DNA of 64,000 nt from an uncultured Candidatus Saccharibacteria bacterium (GCA_964631935.1 CAZWAV010000001.1:291595-355594); one strand, 5' to 3'. Counted from the stretch's first letter, positions 1 through 9,477 are shown. The notes: generated by a model from the letters alone, not told the origin. Numbers and translations are program-made.

Positions 1-100
1 ACAAAAAGCCCAATCTACATTCATATTATAGTTTATATTTGGGGAAAAAAGAAGGAGAAGTTAGTGGAAACTGGGGATAAAATATATTTTTGCGAAAATT

Positions 101-787
101 CTATTCGTTTTTGAGATTTTTCCAAAGATTTATCTTTTTATGATCACCTGAAAGTAAAACTTTTGGTACTTTGTATTTTTTTTTATTAAAAATTAAAACT
201 TCAGGCCTAGTATAAACTTCACTAGAGGATATTCTTTCTTCTTCTCGAGAATCAAAATTACCAAGGACACCTTTGATCTGGCGAGATATAGAATCTACAA
301 GAACCATTGCTGGTATTTCTCCACCAGTAAGAACATAATCCCCTATGGAAAACTTTTTTGTTTTAAGTATTTTATCTACTCGAGCGTCTATGCCCTCATA
401 TCTACCACATATCATAATAATATCTGTATATTTTTTAGAAATATTTTTCGCAATTTTTGTATTAAATTTTTCAGCAGTTGGAACAAAATTAATAGTCAAG
501 GTTTTTGAATTTTTCTTTTTAGAAATTTTCTTTAACACTTGATCTACTGCTTTTATAATCGGTTCGGCCATCATAACCATACCAGGACCTCCAGCATAAG
601 GTCTCTCATCGACTTGAAGTGAGACATTGCCGTCAGGCCAAACTTTCTTATATTTTCCAGACACAAATTGTCTTGGATTTAAAAATGAAACGGAGATTTT
701 TTTCTCCTTTATCGCTCGGCCCAAAATAGACTCTTTTAGATAAGAATCAAACATCTCTGGAAATAAAGTAATGATATGAAAATTCAT
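101..787 (-). CDS. trmD: tRNA (guanine37-N1)-methyltransferase TrmD
   Basis: 228-aa ORF. N-terminal MNFHIITLFPEMF and ICGRYEGIDARV motifs are characteristic of the SPOUT-fold TrmD. It lies downstream of rpsP and the KH gene, as in the classical rpsP-rimM-trmD cluster. Confidence 0.9.
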   Translation of the reverse strand: MNFHIITLFPEMFDSYLKESILGRAIKEKKISVSFLNPRQFVSGKYKKVWPDGNVSLQVDERPYAGGPGMVMMAEPIIKAVDQVLKKISKKKNSKTLTINFVPTAEKFNTKIAKNISKKYTDIIMICGRYEGIDARVDKILKTKKFSIGDYVLTGGEIPAMVLVDSISRQIKGVLGNFDSREEERISSSEVYTRPEVLIFNKKKYKVPKVLLSGDHKKINLWKNLKNE

Positions 788-804
788 GTCGACATCATAA
801 CATA

Positions 805-840
805 AGAAAAGACCTCAGGCGAACACCTGAGGTCTTTTCA
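805..840 (-). terminator. GC-rich inverted repeat (gacctcagg...cctgaggtc) flanked by T/A runs between the KH-protein gene and trmD. It could be an intra-operon attenuator or terminator.
   Basis: Perfect 9-bp stem at 811-819 and 826-834, with a 6-nt loop and U-rich flanks on both strands. Confidence 0.35.
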
Positions 841-848
841 AATTTTTA

Positions 849-1190
849 TTATATTCCTTTTAAATCCTCAAGGGCTGCATCAACACTACGTGATGCTTCT
901 GCTCCTGACATCGGAGATTGTGCTTGTACATGCTCATGAGTACTTCCTTCTGGTTCATTGATTTTCAAATTCACGCGAGCGTTATTTTTCATACCAATAA
1001 CCCGAAGAAGTGTGCGGATTGCTTTTGCAGTATTACCTTGACGGCCAATTATTTTACCCATGTCGGCGCTATTTACAGTCATAGTAATAAGAACCCCCAT
1101 TTCATCTACTGTGCGATCAATTTTTACATCATCTGGATTATCAACTAATGCTTTAACAACGTATTCAAGAAATGCTTTATCGTCTGCCAT
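849..1190 (-). CDS. KH-domain RNA-binding protein (YlqC/UPF0109-like)
   Basis: 113 aa. The GKIIGRQGNTAKAIRTLL segment has the GXXG loop of a type-II KH domain. It occupies the position between rpsP and trmD where ylqC/rimM usually sit. Confidence 0.75.
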   Translation of the reverse strand: MADDKAFLEYVVKALVDNPDDVKIDRTVDEMGVLITMTVNSADMGKIIGRQGNTAKAIRTLLRVIGMKNNARVNLKINEPEGSTHEHVQAQSPMSGAEASRSVDAALEDLKGI

Positions 1191-1287
1191 ATTATAGTAT
1201 TCTCATATTATTCGTAAAGGAGTTCAGTGTATCGACTACAGCCTGACTCAAGAAGAATTATATCACACAGATCAAATCTTATGCAAT

Positions 1288-1317
1288 TTAAAATCCCCAC
1301 AAAATGTGGGGATTTTA
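1288..1317 (-). terminator. Hairpin immediately downstream of the rpsP stop (aaaatccccaca...tgtggggatttt)
   Basis: Perfect 12-bp palindrome arms at 1290-1301 and 1304-1315, followed by A/T runs. It sits between rpsP and the KH gene. Confidence 0.4.
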
Positions 1318-1319
1318 AA

Positions 1320-1625
1320 TTAAGCTTTTTTCAGTTCTTTACGAGCTTTAGTAGGAGATTTTTTAGAAAGAGAATTCTTTTTCTTACCTTCAATAATCTT
1401 CTGGTGAACAAGGAAATTATGAACGGTGTCAGAAGCCTGAGCACCATTATTCATCCAATAAGTTATTCGATCTTTCTTAAAAAGCACTTCTCCACTCTTT
1501 AAATTATATGAGCCAAGTATTTCTTTAAATTTACCACTCTTAGTTGAGTTTTTTGAATCTGTCAAAACAACACGGAAAGCCGAGTCATTCTTGCGACCTA
1601 TTCTTTGTAGTCGTATTTTTAACAT
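1320..1625 (-). CDS. rpsP: 30S ribosomal protein S16 (bS16)
   Basis: 101 aa. The N-terminus MLKIRLQRIGRKNDSAFRVVLTD is the canonical bS16 start. The protein is basic. Confidence 0.9.
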   Translation of the reverse strand: MLKIRLQRIGRKNDSAFRVVLTDSKNSTKSGKFKEILGSYNLKSGEVLFKKDRITYWMNNGAQASDTVHNFLVHQKIIEGKKKNSLSKKSPTKARKELKKA

Positions 1626-3669
1626 AGCGGTATCCTACCATAAAGCACTATATGAATCAAGAGCTCATATTTTATGCTATACTACCTTTGTGAAAAACAA
1701 ACAAATACAAGCAAATACTACCCATAATTCCAAAAAACCTTCTCGGGCCCCAGAAAAGCACACAAGCAGGTATGTAGAAGGAATAATACATATATCACAT
1801 AAAGGTATTGGGAAGGTTAGAATATTTAGAAGCGATGATACAGTGGAGATTGATCATAGTTTTCTTCATACAGCTTGTAATGGTGATACTGTGCGGGTTT
1901 TGTTGTACCCAAAACATAGAGATGGTGAACAGAGCGGTGAAGTTTCAGAAATTATAAGAAGATCAAAGATGGGATTCTCTGGTATTGTAGAGAAAGAAAA
2001 TGATACCTATTTTCTAATACCAAGTGATCTAAAAATGTATTCTGATATAGTTATTCCTTCTGATAAATTAAATGGAGCAAAAGTGGGACAAAAAGTTTTT
2101 GTGACTATAACAGAATGGAAGGATTCAAAAAAGGCTCCTGTCGGTGAAGTAGTAAAAGTTCTAGGTATGCCGATGGAACACAACGCTGAAATGGAGGCTA
2201 TTGCTCTTGAAAAAGGTTTCGACATGATCTTCCCTCCTTCTGTGGACACAGAAGCTAAAAAAATTGCAATCACGGGAATAACTAATAGTGATATTATTGG
2301 CCGTCGGGACATGAGAGAAACTACAACTTTTACTATTGATCCTGAAGATGCTAAAGATTTTGATGATGCATTATCTTTCAAGAAATTACCTAATGGTCAC
2401 TTCGAAATAGGAATACATATCGCCGATGTATCGCACTATGTAAGACCTGGTACAGCCCTTGACGACGAGGCTCGTAGACGAGGCACTTCTGTCTATCTTG
2501 TAGACCGCACAATACCCATGCTTCCAGAAGAACTCTCAAATGGACTCTGCAGTTTAAACCCAAATGTCGACAGACTTACTTTCTCATCAATATTTGAGAT
2601 TGATATAAAAGGCAATATACACAATGAATGGTTTGGAAGAACAGTGATTCACTCAGATCAAAGATTCAGCTATGAGGGCGCTCAAAAAATTCTCGACGAT
2701 AAACAAGGTGTCTTATACAACGAACTTTCAACTTTAAACAGTATCGCAAAAAAACTTTCAAAGAAACGATTCGATGAAGGAGCTATATCTCTAGAGCAAG
2801 ATGAAGTTAAATTTAAACTGGGCCCTGATGGCGTACCTCTTTCTGTCTACACAAAACAACATGACGACACGAATAAATTAATCGAGGAATTTATGCTAAT
2901 GGCAAATCGTCGCGTGGCTGAACACATGTCTCAAAAAAAAGATGGCAAGCAAGGCATCTTTCTCTATCGAATACACGATCTTCCAAATAAAGAAAAAATG
3001 AAGGATTTAGCAGAATTTTTAAAACGCCTTGGATATTCGATGAAACTAAAAGACGGTCTTATTCCTTCTGAAGAAATTAATATACTTGTAGGTAAGCTTG
3101 AACACAATCCCCTTCGTGACACTGTCCACACTGCCATTATAAGAACTATGGCAAAAGCTATTTACTCTACAAAAAATATTGGACATTACGGTCTTGGATT
3201 TAAATTCTACACCCACTTTACATCACCAATTCGTAGATATCCTGACGTAATCGTGCACAGACTACTCGCCTCTTTTCTAGAAGGCAAAACTATTCCAAAA
3301 GAAAAACTTTCTGAATATGAATCTATGAGCACTGAAGCATCAAATAGAGAAAAAGAAGCTGCGGAAGCCGAACGCTCATCAATAAAATACAAACAAGTAG
3401 AGTACATGGCTACACGTATTGGCGATATCTATGAAGGTATCATCACAGGAGTTACAGAATGGGGTCTCTATATAGAAGAACAAAAAACAAAATGTGAGGG
3501 CATGGTGCGTATGCGAGATTTAAAGGATGATTATTATACTTTCGACAAAAAATATATGAGCATAAAAGGTAGTAAAACTCATAAGAAATATACATTAGGA
3601 GATAAAGTGAAGTTCAAAGTTCAAGCAGTTGATAGAAATAAGAAGACAATTGATTACTCAATTATATAA
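1591..3669 (+). CDS. rnr: Ribonuclease R / RNase II-family 3'-5' exoribonuclease (start codon uncertain)
   Basis: 692-aa ORF with N-terminal cold-shock-like/OB region (GKVRIF...GDTVRVLL), an RNB catalytic domain (TIDPEDAKDFDDALS, HYGLGF..YTHFTSPIRRYPD) and a C-terminal S1 domain (GEVYEGIITGVTEWGLYIE). The first 35 nt overlap the divergent rpsP start, so the true start is probably a downstream or non-ATG codon. Confidence 0.85.
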   Translation: MRPILCSRIFNIAVSYHKALYESRAHILCYTTFVKNKQIQANTTHNSKKPSRAPEKHTSRYVEGIIHISHKGIGKVRIFRSDDTVEIDHSFLHTACNGDTVRVLLYPKHRDGEQSGEVSEIIRRSKMGFSGIVEKENDTYFLIPSDLKMYSDIVIPSDKLNGAKVGQKVFVTITEWKDSKKAPVGEVVKVLGMPMEHNAEMEAIALEKGFDMIFPPSVDTEAKKIAITGITNSDIIGRRDMRETTTFTIDPEDAKDFDDALSFKKLPNGHFEIGIHIADVSHYVRPGTALDDEARRRGTSVYLVDRTIPMLPEELSNGLCSLNPNVDRLTFSSIFEIDIKGNIHNEWFGRTVIHSDQRFSYEGAQKILDDKQGVLYNELSTLNSIAKKLSKKRFDEGAISLEQDEVKFKLGPDGVPLSVYTKQHDDTNKLIEEFMLMANRRVAEHMSQKKDGKQGIFLYRIHDLPNKEKMKDLAEFLKRLGYSMKLKDGLIPSEEINILVGKLEHNPLRDTVHTAIIRTMAKAIYSTKNIGHYGLGFKFYTHFTSPIRRYPDVIVHRLLASFLEGKTIPKEKLSEYESMSTEASNREKEAAEAERSSIKYKQVEYMATRIGDIYEGIITGVTEWGLYIEEQKTKCEGMVRMRDLKDDYYTFDKKYMSIKGSKTHKKYTLGDKVKFKVQAVDRNKKTIDYSII

Positions 3670-3671
3670 AA

Positions 3672-4409
3672 GTGTCGAAAAATATGAAAAGATTTATAAA
3701 GATAATTTTAATATCTGGATTAATATTTAACGCAGGAATTCAAACTTCTAATGCGGTAAGTTATACTTCGCACTTTCCATTAATTAAATCTACGTATCAT
3801 ATTAATAAAAGCTTTGATGTAATGCCTAATGATAAAAAGGGTAATAAAAAAGTTGTATTAATAACGATAGATGACGGTCCTACCAAAAGAGCCCCTGAAA
3901 TAATGAATATTATGATGAAACATGACGTGAAAGCCATATTCTTTATAAACGGCATGAACAACAAGACAGCTCCAGGCATAATAGAACAAGAAGCGAAAAA
4001 TGGTTTTACAGTAGGCAATCATACGTGGAGCCATCTTAATTTAAAGAAAGAGAAAAACATAGATAAAATAAAGAGGGAGATTGATGACAACACCAAACTT
4101 ATCACAAAAATTACTGGCTCTAGTCCAAAATTCTTTCGTCCTCCTTATGGAGCAAGCTCTGCTTATGTTCGTGAATTAGTAAGTAAAGATAATATGATAT
4201 TCATGAATTGGTCAGGATCTGCACTTGATTGGGAAAAAAGCGCAAAAGATGAAAAGGTATTTCTAAAAAATGTTCTAGGATCTATCCACGATGGTGAAAT
4301 CATACTCCTACATGAACATCCATGGACAGTAAAATATCTTGATACTCTGATAACAGAAATAAAGCAAAAAGGATATACTATATTAGACCCTAATCAAATA
4401 ACTGAATAA
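3672..4409 (+). CDS. Secreted polysaccharide deacetylase (NodB-homology domain; peptidoglycan/chitooligosaccharide deacetylase family)
   Basis: 245 aa with an N-terminal signal peptide. The ITIDDGP motif and the HTWSH zinc/His motif are typical of carbohydrate esterase family 4. Confidence 0.8.
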   Translation: MSKNMKRFIKIILISGLIFNAGIQTSNAVSYTSHFPLIKSTYHINKSFDVMPNDKKGNKKVVLITIDDGPTKRAPEIMNIMMKHDVKAIFFINGMNNKTAPGIIEQEAKNGFTVGNHTWSHLNLKKEKNIDKIKREIDDNTKLITKITGSSPKFFRPPYGASSAYVRELVSKDNMIFMNWSGSALDWEKSAKDEKVFLKNVLGSIHDGEIILLHEHPWTVKYLDTLITEIKQKGYTILDPNQITE

Positions 4410-4414
4410 ACAAC

Positions 4415-5275
4415 ATGAATTATAAGTCTAAATTTGTAGCGAGCGCTGTAATGATATCTTTTATCGGACTATCAGGTGGGTTTGTTATTGCAAAATCTAT
4501 TACTGTGCAGAAAAATAATACTGCTTCGGCATTAATCCCTATCCAAGAAGAGTTAAATGAAAAAGAGAAAGTTTACATAGATGAGAATTTGGACAACAAC
4601 ACAAACAAAAAGTTACCAGTAGAAGTAACTAAAAAAATAGAGACACCCACCGAAGTGGTCACCTGCCCAAAACCTAAAAAAGTCTATGAAGATGCATCAT
4701 TCCTAGATGTCGGTCAAGACGTACCACTCACAGATACATTTTATATACCCTCTAATTTAGTAAAATTAGATAAAGATATATCAAAATACCATATATGTGT
4801 TAAAGAAGAAGTTGCAGAAGCTCTAAAAAGCATGACAGGAGCTGCGAGCTTAGAGGGATATACGATAATAGTATCATCAGGATTTAGAGATTATTACACA
4901 CAGAAAAGTATCATTGAAAGAGAGACGAAAAATGGCAATCCAAATGTAAATGTAGCCGTTGCAAAACCAGGGTACTCAGAACATCAATTAGGAGTAGCCG
5001 TAGATCTGACAAGTAAGTCTATTGCTTACGCTTCAGCAACAATGAAATTTGGAGACACACCTGAATCTGATTGGCTTGAAAAACATGCGAGTGAATATGG
5101 TTTTATTGAGAGCTACCCAAAAGGCAAAGAGGCTATCACTGGTTATATGTATGAACCATGGCATTATCGTTATGTCGGAATAGAAAACGCCACAGAAATA
5201 GTGAAAAGTGGACAGACCTTAAATGAATATATGAAACAGAAAAAAATTTTGAGTCTAAATAAAAATACTCCGTAA
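4415..5275 (+). CDS. Secreted D-alanyl-D-alanine carboxypeptidase, peptidase M15 (VanY-like)
   Basis: 286 aa with a signal/anchor sequence. The SGFRDY..Q, GYSEHQLGVAVDL and EPWHYRYVG motifs match the zinc-binding H-x6-D...H signature of VanY/M15B. Confidence 0.75.
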   Translation: MNYKSKFVASAVMISFIGLSGGFVIAKSITVQKNNTASALIPIQEELNEKEKVYIDENLDNNTNKKLPVEVTKKIETPTEVVTCPKPKKVYEDASFLDVGQDVPLTDTFYIPSNLVKLDKDISKYHICVKEEVAEALKSMTGAASLEGYTIIVSSGFRDYYTQKSIIERETKNGNPNVNVAVAKPGYSEHQLGVAVDLTSKSIAYASATMKFGDTPESDWLEKHASEYGFIESYPKGKEAITGYMYEPWHYRYVGIENATEIVKSGQTLNEYMKQKKILSLNKNTP

Positions 5276-5285
5276 TGGAGTATTT

Positions 5286-7565
5286 TTATTTAGCGTAAGC
5301 ACTAGCATCTTCTAAGTGTATAGAGAGGAGTTTCGATACTCCCGTAGAATCCATGGTGACACCATAAAGAACACTGGCTCTCGACATCGTTTCTCGATTA
5401 TGGGTTACGACAATGAGCTGTGAATATTTTGAAAGGTTCTCTAGCATATTCCCATATTTACGAGAGTTGGCTTCATCAAGAGCTGCATCGGTTTCATCAA
5501 GGACAAGGAATGGTGGAGGATTTACTTGTGAAATCGCAAAAAGTAGGGCGATAGAAGTGAGTGATCTTTCACCCCCTGATAACATATGCAGGTCTTTAAC
5601 TTTTTTATGTGGTAAGGTTACATTTATTTCTATTCCCCGCTCGAACCCTAATTCTTCTTCCTCTTTACCCTCTCCTTCGATAGATTCATCTTCATCATCG
5701 GTAACAGTTCGTCCCCTCTTATGCTCCATAACAACAGAAAGGAATGCTGATCCTCCCCCAAACATTAGAGCAAAAAAATCTTGAAATTGTTTATTTATCT
5801 TTAATACACCTTCTTTAAATTCTGTATCTAGTGTTTCTTTGAGTTCCTGAATTAGTAAACGCAATGATTCTATACTTTTATTTAAATCATTAATTTCATT
5901 ACCCAAGAATATATCACGCTCTTCTGTGTCTTTATATTCTTTTAGGACATCAGAGCCGTTGCTTGATCCTGCATCTTCTAGTTTAATTTTTATACGTTCA
6001 ATTTTACGACGGAGGTTATCTTGATCTTGACGAATAACCTCCCCAGAAACTTCAATATCTTTGTAGTCCAAAGCTTCTCTACCGATAAGTGCCCCTGCTT
6101 CAGCAAGCTCCATTTCAAATGCATTTTTAATAAGTGAAAGTTTTTCTTCTTCGAAATGCAATGAGTGCTGATTAGAAATTACTTCGTTTTTATCACGAAG
6201 AGCTTCATACAAAACTCTCTCGCTGGAACGTAAATTTATCTGCATTTCTTGCTCTCTTACACGCAAATTAGATATTTCGGAAAGAATAGATTTCTCATTT
6301 TCTGATATTTTTTGTAAATCAGCAATAATCTTATCTCGAACATCTTTCATCTCTTCATACTCTTTGTTTATCTTTGTATCTACACCAGATTCTTTATATT
6401 CTTTCTGTGAATCAAGAGCACTTATCTGCTCTCTCATGGTATGAAGAACTTGTGTAACTTCTTTTAGATCTTCAAGTCTAAGTGCTTCATCAATCTTTTC
6501 TTTAATATTTGATATGATGTTCCTCCATTCACTCTCAGGTATTACCTTTTCACTTTTTTCATTAGTACGAGAAAATTCTCTCTCGAGAGAATCAATAACT
6601 CCCTCGATACGCCCAAGCTTGCGGACAAGTTCATCTTTCATTGAACGCAGATCAAGTATTTTACTATCATATTCCTTTATCTTTCTTGTGTGTTCACTCT
6701 CGACTTCATCTTTTTGTGTATCCTTCTGAAGTTCACTAATACGCTCGTCGAGTAATCTCATTTGAATATCTAGGTCATGATGAACATCATGCAATCTTTT
6801 TGTTTCAATTTTTACATATGTGGATTCGGCAGAAAAATATATCTTATACAGATCTCGTAATTCTTCTCGCATTTCTCGAGCCTTCTCAACTATCTGAACT
6901 TGTTTTTTAAGAAATGCTAAGTGTGGAGCAATCTCGCGACGAGAAGCTTGTATTTCTTTCATATTGAGAATCGTTTTATCAAGCTTTCTTTCTGACTCAC
7001 GAATACGATACTGATATACTTTGAGTCCAAGAGCATCTTCTACCATAGCTCTGCGATCCTTATTTGAGGCATTGAGCACTCTATCAGCTTCACCTTGAGA
7101 TATAATGTGATGCCCAGAACTACCAATATTTACCGATGAGAGTAGGTCAATAATATCTTTTAATCTGACTTCTGTGCCATTAATACTATATTTATTTGCT
7201 CCATCAGCAAAAACTTCACGAGAAATAGAAATTTCATCATAATCAAGTGACACCCCAAGACCACTATTTGTAAATGAAAAAATCTTTTTACTATTATCAA
7301 AAGTAATGGTTACCATGGCACGATTTGAAGATGGAGTTAATTTTGATCCCTTAAAAATAAGATCCACTCCACCTTTTCCTCGAAGAGATTTCATTGATTG
7401 CTCACCCAATACAAAGCGTATAGATTCTACAATATTTGATTTACCAGAACCATTTGGACCCACGACAGCAGTAATGGGAGTCAAAAATGAAACGGTACTT
7501 TTCTTACCGAATGATTTAAACCCCACAAGCTCTATGGACTTTAGTGTCATCATTAGTCTAGCCAA
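5286..7565 (-). CDS. smc: SMC-family chromosome-segregation ATPase, unusually short and lacking a recognisable hinge
   Basis: 759 aa. N-terminal head with Walker A (VVGPNGSGKSNIVESIRFVLGEQS), a long Glu/Lys/Arg-rich coiled-coil middle, and a C-terminal head with the ABC signature and Walker B/D-loop (LSGGERSLTSIALLFAI..FLVLDETDAALD). It lies directly downstream of rnc and overlaps it, the conserved rnc-smc synteny. No Gly-rich hinge segment is seen. Confidence 0.8.
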   Translation of the reverse strand: MARLMMTLKSIELVGFKSFGKKSTVSFLTPITAVVGPNGSGKSNIVESIRFVLGEQSMKSLRGKGGVDLIFKGSKLTPSSNRAMVTITFDNSKKIFSFTNSGLGVSLDYDEISISREVFADGANKYSINGTEVRLKDIIDLLSSVNIGSSGHHIISQGEADRVLNASNKDRRAMVEDALGLKVYQYRIRESERKLDKTILNMKEIQASRREIAPHLAFLKKQVQIVEKAREMREELRDLYKIYFSAESTYVKIETKRLHDVHHDLDIQMRLLDERISELQKDTQKDEVESEHTRKIKEYDSKILDLRSMKDELVRKLGRIEGVIDSLEREFSRTNEKSEKVIPESEWRNIISNIKEKIDEALRLEDLKEVTQVLHTMREQISALDSQKEYKESGVDTKINKEYEEMKDVRDKIIADLQKISENEKSILSEISNLRVREQEMQINLRSSERVLYEALRDKNEVISNQHSLHFEEEKLSLIKNAFEMELAEAGALIGREALDYKDIEVSGEVIRQDQDNLRRKIERIKIKLEDAGSSNGSDVLKEYKDTEERDIFLGNEINDLNKSIESLRLLIQELKETLDTEFKEGVLKINKQFQDFFALMFGGGSAFLSVVMEHKRGRTVTDDEDESIEGEGKEEEELGFERGIEINVTLPHKKVKDLHMLSGGERSLTSIALLFAISQVNPPPFLVLDETDAALDEANSRKYGNMLENLSKYSQLIVVTHNRETMSRASVLYGVTMDSTGVSKLLSIHLEDASAYAK

Positions 7566-8248
7566 TCTTTAATTTCTAATGCGGATCGGGCAGCAGCTTG
7601 TTCAGCCTCTTGTTTGCTTTTGCCTTTTCCGGTCGCAATTTGTTCATCACCAAAGAATACTCCTATAGTAAAATGTTTGTCGTGGTCAGGCCCTGCTTCG
7701 CTTATAACTTTGTATACAGGAGTCACATTGAGATATTCTTGGGATTTCTCCTGAACAAGACTCTTTGCATCACGCCATAATTTCTTGGCAACAATTGTAT
7801 CTATCTTTCCAAAAAGAGTTCGAGATATGAAATCCCGAGCAACATCATACCCTTGATCAATATAGACAGCCCCTACATATGCTTCATAAGTATTTGCAAG
7901 TATGTAGCTTCGAGCACGGCCTGCGTCCTTTGCTTCACCTTTTGAAAGCAATAAATAATCATTCATGCCGATGGCTTGAGCGACTTCACCGATAATAACC
8001 GCATTCACTAGGGCTGAACGATAAGCGGTCAATTCTCCCTCATCGCGATCAGGATATTTGTTATATAAATAATCAGTGATAATAAGTTCAAGGACTGCAT
8101 CTCCTAAAAATTCTAAACGTTCATTGTGAGAAAGTTTTGAGCCAGTGCTTTCATTTATATAAGATCGGTGAATAAAAGCCTGCTCGAGAAGCTTTTTATC
8201 ATTGAAGACTATATTTGTAATTTTCTCAAATGCTGATAAATCAACCAT
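7553..8248 (-). CDS. rnc: Ribonuclease III
   Basis: 231 aa. The RNase III signature ERLEFLGDAVLEL is present, with a C-terminal dsRBD (KDHDKHFTIGV...GKGKSKQEAEQAAARSAL). Confidence 0.9.
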   Translation of the reverse strand: MVDLSAFEKITNIVFNDKKLLEQAFIHRSYINESTGSKLSHNERLEFLGDAVLELIITDYLYNKYPDRDEGELTAYRSALVNAVIIGEVAQAIGMNDYLLLSKGEAKDAGRARSYILANTYEAYVGAVYIDQGYDVARDFISRTLFGKIDTIVAKKLWRDAKSLVQEKSQEYLNVTPVYKVISEAGPDHDKHFTIGVFFGDEQIATGKGKSKQEAEQAAARSALEIKDWLD

Positions 8249-8252
8249 GTTA

Positions 8253-9158
8253 TTATTTATCTCTAGTTAATATTTCGACAGCTTTAGTCAGGAGCGGAAT
8301 CATGTTGTCGTACATTTTAAGTCCTGCAACTTCTTCCAATGGGAACCATTTCACATCATCAAGCCCCCCAGATTTGTTATGAAGCGAAAGTTCGCCATAA
8401 GGAGCTTCGGCCAAGAAAAATGTAACTTGCTTACGAATCTTTCCTTTTTCTGGATGTGAAGCTATGTACTCATTTTGTCCAAGAATTTGTTCTATTTTTA
8501 TATCAATACCAAGTTCTTCTTTTATTTCTCTTATAGCACCAGCTTCTACATCTTCTCCGTCTTCAACTCCACCCTTTGAAAGAGTCCAGTAGCCGAAAAC
8601 ATCATGAACAAAAGCAAAGTAAATAGTATCTTCATGTTTAGTGTAAATAACTGCGCCAGCCTTTTTCTCTATTGGAAACTTGGCAGGATCTGTCTCGAAA
8701 TGCTTTGCGGATTTTTTCTTACTTACATCATCTTTGCCAGGCTCGCCGATTTCTTTATAGACTCCACCGAGGACTCCGTTGATAAATTTACTAGAATTCT
8801 CTCCTCCGAAGCTTTTAGCAAGTTCGATAGACTCATTGATAGCAACTTTGGGCGGGACTTGTGTGCGGTCACCAAAAAGAAGCTCATATAATCCAATACG
8901 GAGAATATTACGATCGACAACTGAGATCTTATCAATAGGCCAATCTGGCGCAGCTTTTTCTATAATTTCATCTATAATCGCTTTCTTCTTCACAACGCCA
9001 AGAAAGAGCTCACTCATAAAAGAGGAATCATCAAGCCCTGGACCAAACTCCTCTATATTACGATCAAGCATGTCCTTTGGTTCTGTTTTCTCAACAGCAA
9101 AATCCCACTCGAAGAGTGTTTGAAGAACAATTGAACGTGAAAGGTGCCTGTTTGCCAT
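8253..9158 (-). CDS. nusB: NusB-like antitermination domain fused to a Nudix hydrolase domain
   Basis: 301 aa. Residues ~1-140 show NusB hallmarks (RHLSRSIVLQTLFEWDF, DRNILRIGLYELLF, AINESIELAKSFGGENSSKFINGVLG). The C-terminal half carries a perfect Nudix box GX5EX7REUXEEXGU (GGVEDGEDVEAGAIREIKEELGI). Confidence 0.75.
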   Translation of the reverse strand: MANRHLSRSIVLQTLFEWDFAVEKTEPKDMLDRNIEEFGPGLDDSSFMSELFLGVVKKKAIIDEIIEKAAPDWPIDKISVVDRNILRIGLYELLFGDRTQVPPKVAINESIELAKSFGGENSSKFINGVLGGVYKEIGEPGKDDVSKKKSAKHFETDPAKFPIEKKAGAVIYTKHEDTIYFAFVHDVFGYWTLSKGGVEDGEDVEAGAIREIKEELGIDIKIEQILGQNEYIASHPEKGKIRKQVTFFLAEAPYGELSLHNKSGGLDDVKWFPLEEVAGLKMYDNMIPLLTKAVEILTRDK

Positions 9159-9221
9159 AAAAATTGGTTTTATAGCTTATGCGCGTCTATTTGCAAATAT
9201 TTGCAAGGAGACGTCCCTAAG

Positions 9222-9440
9222 CTATTTGTTTTTAGCCTTCTTTTTAGCTTGTTTCTTTTCTACCTTCTTGACCACATCTACGACTTTGCGTCCTCGGTAA
9301 AATCCACAATGTGTGCAGACTACGTGAGTCTCTTTAGGTTTCTGACAGTTAGAGCAAGCTCCAAAAGTCTTCGCCACGAGAGCGTGGTGGCTTCGGCGGT
9401 TCCCAGTATGAGAACGTGTATGTCGCATTCGTATAACCAT
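9222..9440 (-). CDS. rpmF: 50S ribosomal protein L32 (bL32), zinc-ribbon type
   Basis: 72 aa. The RRSHHAL motif and a Cys4 zinc ribbon (CSNC...CTHC) are present, with a Lys-rich tail. Confidence 0.8.
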   Translation of the reverse strand: MVIRMRHTRSHTGNRRSHHALVAKTFGACSNCQKPKETHVVCTHCGFYRGRKVVDVVKKVEKKQAKKKAKNK

Positions 9441-9477
9441 TTAGATAGTATAGCTATTTTTGAATAAAATGCAAATA

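Noticed and set aside
8604-9123. ORFs antisense to, or nested in, the nusB-nudix gene (8604..8891 +, 8779..9123 +, 8723..8935 -)
   Set aside because: The sense frame carries two well-defined domains. The nested frames have no motifs.
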